This document shows positions 52,868-62,383 of a stretch of DNA of 64,000 bases, in pieces. The position numbers and the translations under genes are program-made. The stretch covers positions 896,001 through 960,000 of the forward strand of contig CAWFFN010000005.1 in NCBI GenBank assembly GCA_963815115.1, in the 5' to 3' direction. Positions within the stretch are counted from its first letter, which is position 1; each line of letters starts with the position of its first letter. This stretch comes from an uncultured delta proteobacterium. GTDB taxonomy: Bacteria > Desulfobacterota > Binatia > DP-6. The notes beneath the pieces were generated by a model. The model was not told the origin of the DNA. It was given only the letters and a program-made list of their open reading frames with translations, and did not search any database.

Positions 52868-53072
52868 CGACCTGCACGGTGCCCGCCGGGGCGGCCTTGA
52901 TGCAGAGGTCGCACAGGGTGCACTCGTCCAGGTTCTCGTCGACGATCTCGAGGGCCCCGCTCTTGGTGGTCCGGAAGATGTTGACCGGGCAGACCTCGGC
53001 CAGCTTCTTCGCCAGCGCCGGGTCGGTCGCGACCGCCGTGTCCACCCGCACGTCGATGAACATGCCCGCCAT
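52848..53072 (-). CDS. Small 4Fe-4S ferredoxin
   Basis: VCPVNIF and ECTLCDLC. Confidence 0.8.
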   Translation of the reverse strand: MAGMFIDVRVDTAVATDPALAKKLAEVCPVNIFRTTKSGALEIVDENLDECTLCDLCIKAAPAGTVQVVKLYQS

Positions 53073-53075
53073 GGT

Positions 53076-53978
53076 TCAGTGTCCCTTCAGCCGTTCCTTC
53101 ACCAGCGCCGGGATGTCCTCGATGCGCTCGGCGACCGAGATGCCCGCCGCCTTCATGCGCTCGATCTTGTCCGCCGTGGTGTCGGCCTTGCCCTCGACGA
53201 TCGTCCCGGCGTGCCCGAAGCGCATCCCGGGCATCTCGTCCATGAAGCGACCCGCCATGAAGGCGATGATGGGAAGGCGCGACCGGTGCTCGCGCACCCA
53301 GTCGGCCAGCTCGGCTTCCATCCGGCCGCCCGGCTCCGAGTAGATCGCGATCGCCCGGGTCTCCGGGTCGGCCTCGAAGAGCGGCATCAGCTCGGCGTAG
53401 GTCGAGCCGATGATGGCGTCGCCGCCGATGGAAACGGCGGTGGACTGCCCGAGCCCGGTGGCGGTGAGGGTGTTGCAGATCTCCGTCGTCATGCCGCCCG
53501 AGCGCGACATCACCCCGATCGGTCCCTTGGTGAACGCCCGGCGGACGTTGACCGCGGGGCCGCCGAGCCCCCCCATCTTGGCCTCGTCCGGCGACAGGAT
53601 GCCCAGGCAGTTCGGCCCGATGATGCGCGCGCCGCGGAGCTTGGCCAGCTCGACCATCTGCGCCACCTCGCCCCGCGGGATGCGCTCCGTGACGATGACG
53701 ATCAGCTTGACGCCCGCTTCGATCGCCTCGAACACCGCATCGCGCGTGAACCGGGGCGGGACGGTGACGATGGTGCCGTCGACGTGCGTCTTCGCCGTGA
53801 TGTCACGCACGCAATCGTACACCGGAACGCCGTAGACGTCGCGTCCGGCGCGGCCGGGAGTGACGCCGCCGACGATCTTCGTCCCGTAGTCGAGACCCTC
53901 CCGTGTGAGATTCACCGCCTCGCGGCCGGTGATCCCCTGGATGATGACGGTGGTGTCCTTGTGGATGAGGATGGACAT
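53076..53978 (-). CDS. SucD-like CoA ligase (ADP-forming) alpha subunit
   Basis: IQGITG, GVTPG, IIGPNCLG, SRSGG, FGHAG phospho-His. Confidence 0.88.
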   Translation of the reverse strand: MSILIHKDTTVIIQGITGREAVNLTREGLDYGTKIVGGVTPGRAGRDVYGVPVYDCVRDITAKTHVDGTIVTVPPRFTRDAVFEAIEAGVKLIVIVTERIPRGEVAQMVELAKLRGARIIGPNCLGILSPDEAKMGGLGGPAVNVRRAFTKGPIGVMSRSGGMTTEICNTLTATGLGQSTAVSIGGDAIIGSTYAELMPLFEADPETRAIAIYSEPGGRMEAELADWVREHRSRLPIIAFMAGRFMDEMPGMRFGHAGTIVEGKADTTADKIERMKAAGISVAERIEDIPALVKERLKGH

Positions 53979-54379
53979 GCGACGTGCTCCGGCAGGCCGC
54001 GGGCGAGGTAGCACGCGATGTCGGGGAGGGTCAAGGCGGCGACGTTCGCGGCGACGTTCGCACGATGTTCCGCCGGTTGCGCGCGCGACGCACCGATGTC
54101 GCACGACGATGTCGGAGAGTCCCGGCTGGGTGTCGGCGGTTTCTCCGTGCGTCGAGCGACGCGTCGACGAGTGACGTTCCCCGACTGCGCCCCGCCGGTA
54201 CCGAACCGCGCGAGGATGAAGCGTGCCATCGTCGGCGCTCCGCTAGCGCACATGCCAGAGCAGGCACGATGTTCGCGTCGAGCAGGAGGTCGGACTGCTT
54301 GACTACATAGCTGTGCTGAAGGGTATATTAAACTGACACCTGCGCCGCGCGGTCCCGCCCGGGCCAGGGAAGATCCCCC

Positions 54380-55915
54380 ATGCATCTCACCAAGCCCGCT
54401 GTCCCGTCGCGCTGGCGGGCGGGTTGCGCCGCGGTGCTCGTTGCCACCATCGCGGCGATCCCGGCCGCGAGCGCCTTCGTGCTCGGCCGGACCGGCGGCG
54501 GCGGGGTGACGGTGCAGGTGAAGCGCGCGGGCCCCGGACAGGGCGCGCGGACCGTCGGCGGACTGCGCGTCGTCGACGGGAGCACGGCCGAGGTGCTGGC
54601 GGCGACGACCCTCGGCATGCGCGGCAAGGTGAAGGTGAACCCGCCACCCGGGGTGGAGTTCGCCGTCGCCAGCGTCACCCGACCGAAAGGCCTGCGCGAG
54701 GGCGTGAGCCCGGTGTTCGCGTACGATGGGAGCGCGCCAGCGAGGCTCAGGATCGCCCTCGAGCCGGTCACGGCCATGGTCGGTGTCAGCGCCCTGGTCA
54801 TCCGACGGCTCGCCGCGCCGGGCAGCATGGTCGCCACGCTGGGACCGGTGACGATCGCCGGGCCGGATGGCGTGGCGGTCTCGATCGCCGGCGCGCTGTT
54901 CACGCCGCTGTTCAACGACACCAGCGCCTTCCTGCGCTGGGTGGACACGGGCGAGGCGGTGCAGCGGGCCCGCCAGCGCCAGCTCGTCCTGCAGGACCAG
55001 GGGCTGAGCGATGAGCCGTCGACGCGCATCGTCGACCGACCGCTCGCGCCCGACCTCCGCATCGAGGGCGAGCTCACCACCGATGGCCCCGACGTCACGG
55101 GCGAGTTGCGGGTCGTCGATCCGACGACCGGCGAGGTGCTCGAGCGCCTCGCCGTGGACACGCAGGGGCGCGACTGGGGCGACCTCCTCGCCGAGGTGTC
55201 GCGGCAGGTCGCCAAGCGCCTGCGCGCCCGCCGCACGACGACCACCACCACGAGCACCACCGTCTCCACGAGGGTGTCGACCAGCTCCACGAGCCCCACG
55301 CTCCCGACGACGACCACGTCCACCTCCGCCCGCCCGACCACCACGACCACGCTCGCGAGCCGACCCTGCACCTCGGTGATCCCGGCGTCGTTCTGCCGGT
55401 GCAGCGGCGGCAGCCACACGACGTGCACGTCGGATGCCATCTGCCAGCAATCCGGCGAGGACACGTGCGTCGACGTCGTCGGGCACACCGTGGTGACCTT
55501 CCGTCTCGCCGGGAGCGGTGCGCGCCTCGGCGCGCTCCAGATCGACGGCGGGGGCGACGGCCTGGTGGACGTCCCCGGCGGTGTCGGGGTCCGCATCGGC
55601 TGCGGCTCGGCCGGCATCACCGAGTGGTCGCCGGTGCCCGTTTCGGCCGACGACATCGTCTGCCCGACCTTCTATCACCCGGACACGACGGTCACGGTGA
55701 CGGCGCGTCGCGACCTGCCTCCGTTGCCCTTCCTGGGCGACCTGTACTGCGCCAGCACCTTCACGGGCTTCAGCGGCACGGGGGGCTGTGCTGGCATGGG
55801 CGACTGCACCAAGCTCGGCTGTACGTGCAGCATCGTCACGGGAGCCGAGAAGACCGAGATCGTCGCGACGTACGAATCGATCGGAAGCGGCTGCGTCCCG
55901 GCCGCCGCGCCGTGA
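54380..55915 (+). CDS. Secreted hypothetical protein with Thr/Ser linker and Cys-rich C-terminal domain
   Basis: Signal peptide ending ASA; [11 protein letters not shown] linker; many Cys after it. Confidence 0.7.
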   Translation: MHLTKPAVPSRWRAGCAAVLVATIAAIPAASAFVLGRTGGGGVTVQVKRAGPGQGARTVGGLRVVDGSTAEVLAATTLGMRGKVKVNPPPGVEFAVASVTRPKGLREGVSPVFAYDGSAPARLRIALEPVTAMVGVSALVIRRLAAPGSMVATLGPVTIAGPDGVAVSIAGALFTPLFNDTSAFLRWVDTGEAVQRARQRQLVLQDQGLSDEPSTRIVDRPLAPDLRIEGELTTDGPDVTGELRVVDPTTGEVLERLAVDTQGRDWGDLLAEVSRQVAKRLRARRTTTTTTSTTVSTRVSTSSTSPTLPTTTTSTSARPTTTTTLASRPCTSVIPASFCRCSGGSHTTCTSDAICQQSGEDTCVDVVGHTVVTFRLAGSGARLGALQIDGGGDGLVDVPGGVGVRIGCGSAGITEWSPVPVSADDIVCPTFYHPDTTVTVTARRDLPPLPFLGDLYCASTFTGFSGTGGCAGMGDCTKLGCTCSIVTGAEKTEIVATYESIGSGCVPAAAP

Positions 55916-56007
55916 CGATCGCGGCGGCCGGCGTCGCTTGCATCCGCCGCCGACCGCCGTATCCTTTTCGCGTTGCCGACATCGAACCTGGCGGAGGAAA
56001 CGAAAGC

Positions 56008-56598
56008 ATGCGATTCCGCTCCGGCCTGCTCCTGCTCGCTCCCGTGCTGGGGGTTGCCCTGCTCGCCGCGTTGCCGGGACCCCCGTGGGCGGCGGAGCCG
56101 ACCCCAACCCAATCCGGAGAGACGATGAAGAAGACGTTCGTCAAGCCGAGCGACGATGAACTCAAGAAGCAACTGAGCCCCGAGCAGTACCAGGTGACCC
56201 AGCACGAGGGCACCGAGCCGCCCTTCCACAACCAGTACTGGAACAACCACGAGGCCGGGATCTACGTCGACGTCGTGTCCGGCGAGCCGCTGTTCAGCTC
56301 GCGCGACAAGTTCGACTCCGGCACCGGCTGGCCGAGCTTCACGCGGCCCATCGACGAGAAGGACGTCATGCGCCGCGAGGACCGCCGGCTGTTCATGCGG
56401 CGCACGGAGGTGCGCTCGAAGGAGGCTGATTCGCACCTCGGGCACGTCTTCGACGACGGGCCGGGACCCGACGGGCTGCGCTACTGCATCAATTCCGCGT
56501 CGCTGCGCTTCATTCCCGTCGACAAGCTCGAGGCGGAAGGCTACGGCGAGTATCGCAAGCTCTTCGACTCGCCGCCGTCGAGCGCGAAGCACGACTGA
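56008..56598 (+). CDS. msrB: Peptide-methionine (R)-S-oxide reductase with signal peptide
   Basis: [36 protein letters not shown]. Confidence 0.93.
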   Translation: MRFRSGLLLLAPVLGVALLAALPGPPWAAEPTPTQSGETMKKTFVKPSDDELKKQLSPEQYQVTQHEGTEPPFHNQYWNNHEAGIYVDVVSGEPLFSSRDKFDSGTGWPSFTRPIDEKDVMRREDRRLFMRRTEVRSKEADSHLGHVFDDGPGPDGLRYCINSASLRFIPVDKLEAEGYGEYRKLFDSPPSSAKHD

Positions 56599-57311
56599 GC
56601 GCCACCGCCCGAGAAACGCACCCCGATCGGGCGCCGCCGGCGCTTCAAGCGCAGCGACCGGGCTGCCATGGGCTCCGGAACGCCCGCCGCGTTCCAGGTC
56701 TCGGTCGAGATGGCGACCTCGCCGGCACCCGCCGCCGTGCACAGGTGGGCCGCGACGTTCACGGGGTCGCCGAGGGCGGTCAGGTCGTCGGTGCCGTGCG
56801 GCCCGGGGATCAGACCGAGCCAGGCCGTGCCGGTGTGCACGCCGACCGCGACCGGCGGCCAGGGCCGACTCTCACGATCTCCGTCCGGGGACGCGACCAG
56901 CGCGTGCGCGGCGTCGACCGCCGAGCGGGCGTGGTCTCCCGACTCGCCGGCGAAGAAGAGGGCCACCACGCCGTCGCCCACGAACTTGTCCACGGTCCCG
57001 TCGAAGCGGCCGACGACCGAGCTGGCCCGGGCATAGAATCCCCGCATGACCTCGCTGAAGCCGGTCGGGGTGAGGCGCTCGGCGAGCGCCGTCGAGCCGC
57101 GTACGTCCGCGAACAGGATCGACACCTCGCGCTCGCATCCGGGTGCGATCGCGCGCAGGCAGGGGGTGCAGAGAGGGCTCGGGGCGGCCGTCCGCCGCTG
57201 CCGGAACAGCCGGGCGATCCGGCCGATCAGGCCGCCCGAGGGCGCCAGGCACAGCTTGCAGCGGGTGGCAGGGGGAAGCTCCGGCAAGACGCGACGCCCG
57301 AGGCGGACCAT
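56541..57311 (-). CDS. Class III adenylate/guanylate cyclase domain protein with N-terminal CxxC pair
   Basis: CKLC..CTPC; [32 protein letters not shown]. Confidence 0.75.
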   Translation of the reverse strand: MVRLGRRVLPELPPATRCKLCLAPSGGLIGRIARLFRQRRTAAPSPLCTPCLRAIAPGCEREVSILFADVRGSTALAERLTPTGFSEVMRGFYARASSVVGRFDGTVDKFVGDGVVALFFAGESGDHARSAVDAAHALVASPDGDRESRPWPPVAVGVHTGTAWLGLIPGPHGTDDLTALGDPVNVAAHLCTAAGAGEVAISTETWNAAGVPEPMAARSLRLKRRRRPIGVRFSGGGAQSCFALDGGESKSLRYSP

Positions 57312-57431
57312 GCCCCTACTACGCGCGGGTCCCCGGGGCGGTTTCCGGGGCGTCCGGTTGCGCCCTCCGACGAAAGGGAATAGGGCACCAGCGGCTTCTG
57401 CGGCAGGCAGGAGTGGCGGGGAGGGCGGTCG

Positions 57432-57977
57432 ATGGCGACGCTCGCGGAGCGCATGGTGGGCGCGGCCCGGCTCGACGCCGGGACCTACGAGGAGGTCGAG
57501 GCCGACGCCGGGGCGACGGGACAGGCCGCGCTGGTCGTCGTCATCTCGAGCATCTGTCTCGCGATCGGCGGACACCTCGGCGCCGGGGTGATCGGGCTGG
57601 TGCTGGTGACCCTGTTCCGCCTGCTCGGCTGGTACGTCTGGGCCCTGGTCACCTGCCTCATCGGGACCCGGTGGCTCCCCGGCGCCAAGACCCAGGCCGA
57701 CGTCGGCCAGCTGCTGCGCACGCTCGGCTTCGCCAGCGCGCCCGGCGTCGTCGCGGTCCTCGGGGTGATTCCCGGGCTCGGCGAGGTGATCAACGTCGTC
57801 GTCGGACTGTGGATGCTGGTTGCGATGGTGATCGCCGTGCGCCAGGCGCTGGACTACGAGAGCACGGGTCGTGCCGTTGCCGTCGTCGCGATCGGCTTCC
57901 TGGCGTATCTCGTGGTGGCTGCGCTGACCGGAATCGTCATCGGGGCCCTCAGCCCCAGCGCGCCCGCCGCGCCTTAG
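57432..57977 (+). CDS. YIP1-family membrane protein
   Basis: YEEVEAD..QAALVVV, LRTLGFASAPG, IAVRQALDY. Confidence 0.8.
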   Translation: MATLAERMVGAARLDAGTYEEVEADAGATGQAALVVVISSICLAIGGHLGAGVIGLVLVTLFRLLGWYVWALVTCLIGTRWLPGAKTQADVGQLLRTLGFASAPGVVAVLGVIPGLGEVINVVVGLWMLVAMVIAVRQALDYESTGRAVAVVAIGFLAYLVVAALTGIVIGALSPSAPAAP

Positions 57978-57978
57978 C

Positions 57979-59181
57979 TCACGCCTGCATCTTGGCGACC
58001 GCCTTCCCTGCCGCCTCGTACATCGAGACGGTGCGGTCGCAGTACTCGACGCCGTACTTGCGGAGGATCGTGAAGCCGTCGTCCTCCCAGGCGCCCGGGA
58101 TGCGGAAGATCGCGATGGCATCGGCCGGATCGCGACCCGACTCGACGCATCCCTTGATGACGCCGCGGGCGACGATGTCGACGCGGGTGTTCGACACCAC
58201 GTTCATCATCACCGCGATCTTCTTCACGCCCGGCTTGGAGAGGATGAGCTTGGTCAGCTCGCAGGCCTTCTTGACGCTCGGGTTGCCGCCGATCTCGCAG
58301 TAGTTCGCGGGTCGGCCGCCGTGCTTGCGCACGGCATCGAACAGCGTCAGCGAGCCGCCGCCGGCGCCGATCACGAGACCCAGGTCGCCGTCGAACTCGC
58401 GCACGTTGCCGGCCACCCCGCGGTGATCCGACGCGTCGACCTCGGCGCCGCGGATCTCGAAGGGCGTCGGCGGCTTGGCCTCGCGCGTCTCCTCCTTGCC
58501 GATGCCGATGTCCTTCAGCAGGGCGGCGTGCTTGTCGCGCGCGTCGGCCTCGAGGTCGACGTGCCCGTCGAGGACGACGACGCGTCCGTCCTCGAGCCGC
58601 CCGATGGGATTGATCTCGGCGAGCGTCAGGTCGTAGCGCAGGAAGAGCTCCACGAGGGTGGCGAGGATGGGCGTCATCCTGTTGAGGACGTCGCCGGTCA
58701 CGCCGACCGCGCCGATCGCCTCCTTCGCGCGGTAGGCGCTGAAGGGGATGATCGTGGAGAAGTGAGTGCGCGAGACGTGCTCGGGATGGGTCTCCGCGAC
58801 CTCCTCGATGTCGATGCCCCCCATGTCGCTGAAGACCAGCACCGGGAGCTTGCGGCGGCCGTCCCAGGTGACGGCGGCGAAGTACTCCTGCGCCACCGGT
58901 GCGCGCTGCTCGACCAGCACTCCGCGCGGCTTCTGCCCCTTGATCTCGAGACCGAGGATCGCCTTCGCGGCATCGGCGGCGCCGGCCGGGTCGTCCGCGA
59001 ACTTGACGCCGCCGGCCTTCATGCGGCCGCCGGTGAGCACCTGCGACTTGAGCACCAACGGGCCGCCGATCTCGGCCGCGACCTCGCGCGCCTCGGCAGG
59101 GGTCTTGGCCACCCGGCCCTTGGGCAGCGGGATGCCGTGCCGGCCGAAGAGCAGCTTCGCCTCGTACTCGTAGAATCGCAT
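57979..59181 (-). CDS. SucC-like ATP-grasp CoA ligase beta subunit (non-canonical ligase motifs)
   Basis: YEYEAK, KSQVLTGGRMKAGGV, GGIDIEEVA, EINP; ligase region IGAGGGSL and PANYCEIGGNP. Confidence 0.85.
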   Translation of the reverse strand: MRFYEYEAKLLFGRHGIPLPKGRVAKTPAEAREVAAEIGGPLVLKSQVLTGGRMKAGGVKFADDPAGAADAAKAILGLEIKGQKPRGVLVEQRAPVAQEYFAAVTWDGRRKLPVLVFSDMGGIDIEEVAETHPEHVSRTHFSTIIPFSAYRAKEAIGAVGVTGDVLNRMTPILATLVELFLRYDLTLAEINPIGRLEDGRVVVLDGHVDLEADARDKHAALLKDIGIGKEETREAKPPTPFEIRGAEVDASDHRGVAGNVREFDGDLGLVIGAGGGSLTLFDAVRKHGGRPANYCEIGGNPSVKKACELTKLILSKPGVKKIAVMMNVVSNTRVDIVARGVIKGCVESGRDPADAIAIFRIPGAWEDDGFTILRKYGVEYCDRTVSMYEAAGKAVAKMQA

Positions 59182-59491
59182 TGCTCGATCTGCCCGCTTG
59201 GGGGCGCGAGCTAACACGTTGCGTCAGGCACGGTCAAGGCGTGCGACCCGCGCCGGAGGGCCGGCACCCGGTCGGCGCGCGGTCGCCGGCATGGCTCGCG
59301 CGCGTGGCGCACCGATCCGCTCCCGAATGCGCCGCGCTTTGTCCCGCAGGCACAACTGGCGCGCCGCGGAATGCGTGGAGAAGCGCATTGCGCGGGTGAG
59401 AACCGCTTCACTATTCTTCGCGCTGTCTCCGTTCAGCAGCGCCCGCTCCACGAACGGGCAGAACCGAAACGAACTCTCGATTGGGGGACCC

Positions 59492-62284
59492 ATGATCGTG
59501 AACGCGTTTCGAACTCGGGCGCGGGGCGTCCGGCGGACGATCTCCGGCATTGCGACGCCATTTCTCGGAATCGCGCTCGCTCCGTTGCTCGTCGCGACGG
59601 CGGCGACCCGCGCGGGGGCGGTGCCGAATCCGACGGTCACCGGACCGGTGACCGCGGTGTGCAGCCCGATGTGTCCATCGCCACCGGGACCTGCCAACGG
59701 CATTCACATTCCGGATGCCTTCGACGGCGGCAGCAACCTCCAGGAGTTCATCGACGCCGACTACGTCGAGGAGGAGTTCTTCTTCGAGGGCACCGCGACG
59801 GCCTTCGAGCGCGATCCGGGTGCGCCGGCGTGGGACACGACGGGATTCTGGACCGCGCGGCCGAGCACGACGCTCGCGCCGGCGGCGTACAAGAGCCGCG
59901 TGCTCGTCCACCGGCCGGCCGACCCCACGAAGTTCAACGGGATCGTGGTGCTCGAGTGGTTCAACGAGACCGCCGGGATCGATCTGCCGCCCGACTACGG
60001 CTACTTCCGCACGCAGCTGCGCCGCGAGGGCGCCATCTTCGTCGGCGTGAGCGCGCAGGCGGTCGGCATCAACGGCGGCATCCCGGCCGGCTTCGCCCTC
60101 AAGTCCTGGGACCCGGTGCGCTACGGATCGCTGCTCCACCCCGGCGACAACTACTGCTACGACATCTTCTCCCAGGCCGCGCAGGCGATCCGGAATCCGT
60201 CGGGCCTCAGCCCGATCCCCGCTGACTACCACATCACCGCCATGATCGCAGACGGGGAGTCGCAGTCCGCCGGACGCATGGTCACCTACGTCGACGCCAT
60301 CGCCCCGCTGGCGCAGGTCTTCGACGGGTACTTCATCCACAGCCGCGGCGCTGCCGGGTCCGGCCTCTTCTCGGGCGCCGGAGGCGCGGTGCCCAGCCCC
60401 TCGAAGATCCGGTCCGACGTCCCCCCCGTGCTGGTCTTCGAGACCGAGACCGACACCACGGGTCACTTCAACGCGCGCCAGCCGGACGGTCCCAACTACC
60501 GGCTCTGGGAGCCGGCGGGTACCGCGCACGTCGACAACTACGATTTCACGTTCTTCAACCAGAACGCGGCGACCTCCGAACCCTCGTATCCGCCCACGGT
60601 CTGCAACTTTCCCAACAACATGGCGAACGAGCACTACGTGATGAACGCCGCGCTCTACCACCTGGGCAACTGGATCACCGGCGGCGCGCCTCCTCCGAAC
60701 GCTCCGGCTCCCATCACCGTCGTCAGCGGCGCGATCCAGCGTGACGCGAACAACATCGCGCTCGGCGGCATCCGGCTGCCCGAGATGGACGTGCCGATCG
60801 CGACCCATCAGGGCACGGGCAACACCGGCAGCCCCTTCTGCGTGCTCTTCGGCCGCACCATTCCGCTGCCGGTCCCCGTGAGCTCGCTCTACCCGACCCA
60901 TGACGCCTACGTCACGGCGTTCACCACCGCGACGAACAATCTCCTGACCGCCGGCTTCATCCTCCCGGCCGACGCGGCCGAGACGATCGCAGCCGCGCAG
61001 AGCTCCAGCGTCGGCATCGCCTGTGGCAACGGCGCTCCCGAGGCGGGTGAGGAATGCGACGATGGCAACGTCTCGCCAGGCGACGGCTGCTCCGACACGT
61101 GCACGGTGGAGACGGGCTACTTCTGTACCGGTGCGCCGTCGATGTGCGCGCCGATCTGCGGCGACGAGCTGGTGACCGGCCCCGAGCAGTGCGACGACGG
61201 CAACACCGTGGCCGGCGACGGCTGCTCGGCGACCTGCACGGTCGAACCCGGGTTCAGCTGCATGGGCAACCCGTCCGCATGCGTCGCGATCTGCGGCGAC
61301 GGTCTCGTCGTCGACGGCGAGGTGTGCGACGACGGCAACACGGCCGGCGGCGACGGGTGCGGGGCGGAATGTACGGTCGAGATGGGCTGGAGCTGCGCCG
61401 GCGAGCCGTCCATGTGCGCGCCGATCTGCGGTGACGGGCTGGTCCGCGGCTCCGAAGCGTGCGACGAGGGTGCCGCCAACGGCACGCTTCCGAGCTGCTG
61501 CGCGGCGACGTGCCAGTTCAAGTCCGCCGGCACGACGTGCGACGACGGCAACGCCTGCACGACCGCCGATGCCTGCGACGGCGGCAGCGGCTGCGTCGGC
61601 GGGCCGCCGCCGAGCTGCGACGACGGCAACGTCTGCACCGCGGACTCCTGCGACACGGCGACGGGCTGCGTCCACGACGGCCCGCCACGTGACGGCTTCG
61701 CGTGCGACGATCACGACGGCTGCACGCAGGGCGACGTGTGCTCGAACGGGCAGTGCGCCGGCACCAGCGGTGCCGACTCCGACGGCGACGGCTACTGCGA
61801 CGCCACGGAGACGGCGGTCGGCTGCAATCCCAACGACGCCGCCGAGATCCCGGCGCAGGCGACGACCTACGGCGGTGGGCACTCGGCGGGGGACATCCTG
61901 GTCACCTATCTCGCGCCGGCCGATCGCAAGGTGGCGCGGGCGACCGATCCGAGCTGTGCCGCCACGGGCGCCTGCGCCGCGAATCACTTCTGCACGGCCG
62001 GGAAGATCGCCGATCCGTGCACGGCCAACGCCGATTGCAACCTGCCGGCGAACACCTGCCGGGTGGTCGCGAACTACGGGGCGGCGCCCGATCTGACGGT
62101 CCGGCGTCCGTTCCTGCTGAACCGGACGGTCGTCACGAGCTTCGAGCCGTTGACGCCGGGCTGCTCACGCAAGGTGGACCTGGCGATGGACACGTCGCGC
62201 AAGTCCAACAAGCTGAAGCTCCGCGTGAGCGGGACGGTCGGCGGCCGCAAGCGCAACGACTCGGACACGTTCACCTATCGCTGA
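59492..62284 (+). CDS. Secreted alpha/beta-hydrolase-domain protein with Cys-rich repeats
   Basis: YVEEEFFFEGTA, FNGIVVLEWFN, GVSAQAVG, GESQSA nucleophile, GTAH, GGIRLP; then CGDG..CDDGN repeats. Confidence 0.82.
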   Translation: MIVNAFRTRARGVRRTISGIATPFLGIALAPLLVATAATRAGAVPNPTVTGPVTAVCSPMCPSPPGPANGIHIPDAFDGGSNLQEFIDADYVEEEFFFEGTATAFERDPGAPAWDTTGFWTARPSTTLAPAAYKSRVLVHRPADPTKFNGIVVLEWFNETAGIDLPPDYGYFRTQLRREGAIFVGVSAQAVGINGGIPAGFALKSWDPVRYGSLLHPGDNYCYDIFSQAAQAIRNPSGLSPIPADYHITAMIADGESQSAGRMVTYVDAIAPLAQVFDGYFIHSRGAAGSGLFSGAGGAVPSPSKIRSDVPPVLVFETETDTTGHFNARQPDGPNYRLWEPAGTAHVDNYDFTFFNQNAATSEPSYPPTVCNFPNNMANEHYVMNAALYHLGNWITGGAPPPNAPAPITVVSGAIQRDANNIALGGIRLPEMDVPIATHQGTGNTGSPFCVLFGRTIPLPVPVSSLYPTHDAYVTAFTTATNNLLTAGFILPADAAETIAAAQSSSVGIACGNGAPEAGEECDDGNVSPGDGCSDTCTVETGYFCTGAPSMCAPICGDELVTGPEQCDDGNTVAGDGCSATCTVEPGFSCMGNPSACVAICGDGLVVDGEVCDDGNTAGGDGCGAECTVEMGWSCAGEPSMCAPICGDGLVRGSEACDEGAANGTLPSCCAATCQFKSAGTTCDDGNACTTADACDGGSGCVGGPPPSCDDGNVCTADSCDTATGCVHDGPPRDGFACDDHDGCTQGDVCSNGQCAGTSGADSDGDGYCDATETAVGCNPNDAAEIPAQATTYGGGHSAGDILVTYLAPADRKVARATDPSCAATGACAANHFCTAGKIADPCTANADCNLPANTCRVVANYGAAPDLTVRRPFLLNRTVVTSFEPLTPGCSRKVDLAMDTSRKSNKLKLRVSGTVGGRKRNDSDTFTYR
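61022..61760 (+). repeat. Intragenic Cys-rich repeats (135-nt Myxococcus-type units plus CDDGNxCT units)
   Basis: Units start at 61022, 61157, 61292 and 61427 (last partial), followed by three CDD..CT..C units. Confidence 0.85.
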
Positions 62285-62299
62285 GAAACATCCGGCCGT

Positions 62300-62332
62300 G
62301 GACGAGGGGCGGGGACGACCCGCCTCTCGTCC
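62300..62332 (+). other. 14-bp intergenic hairpin without U-tract
   Basis: GGACGAGGGGCGGG-GACGA-CCCGCCTCTCGTCC. Confidence 0.5.
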
Positions 62333-62383
62333 GCTCCGCGCGTCGCCCGCGTGACCGAGCGGTCACGCAGAAAGGATCCCGCG

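Noticed and set aside
61022-61760. Tandem DNA repeats as a non-coding array
   Set aside because: In-frame 135-nt units encoding known Cys-rich protein repeats
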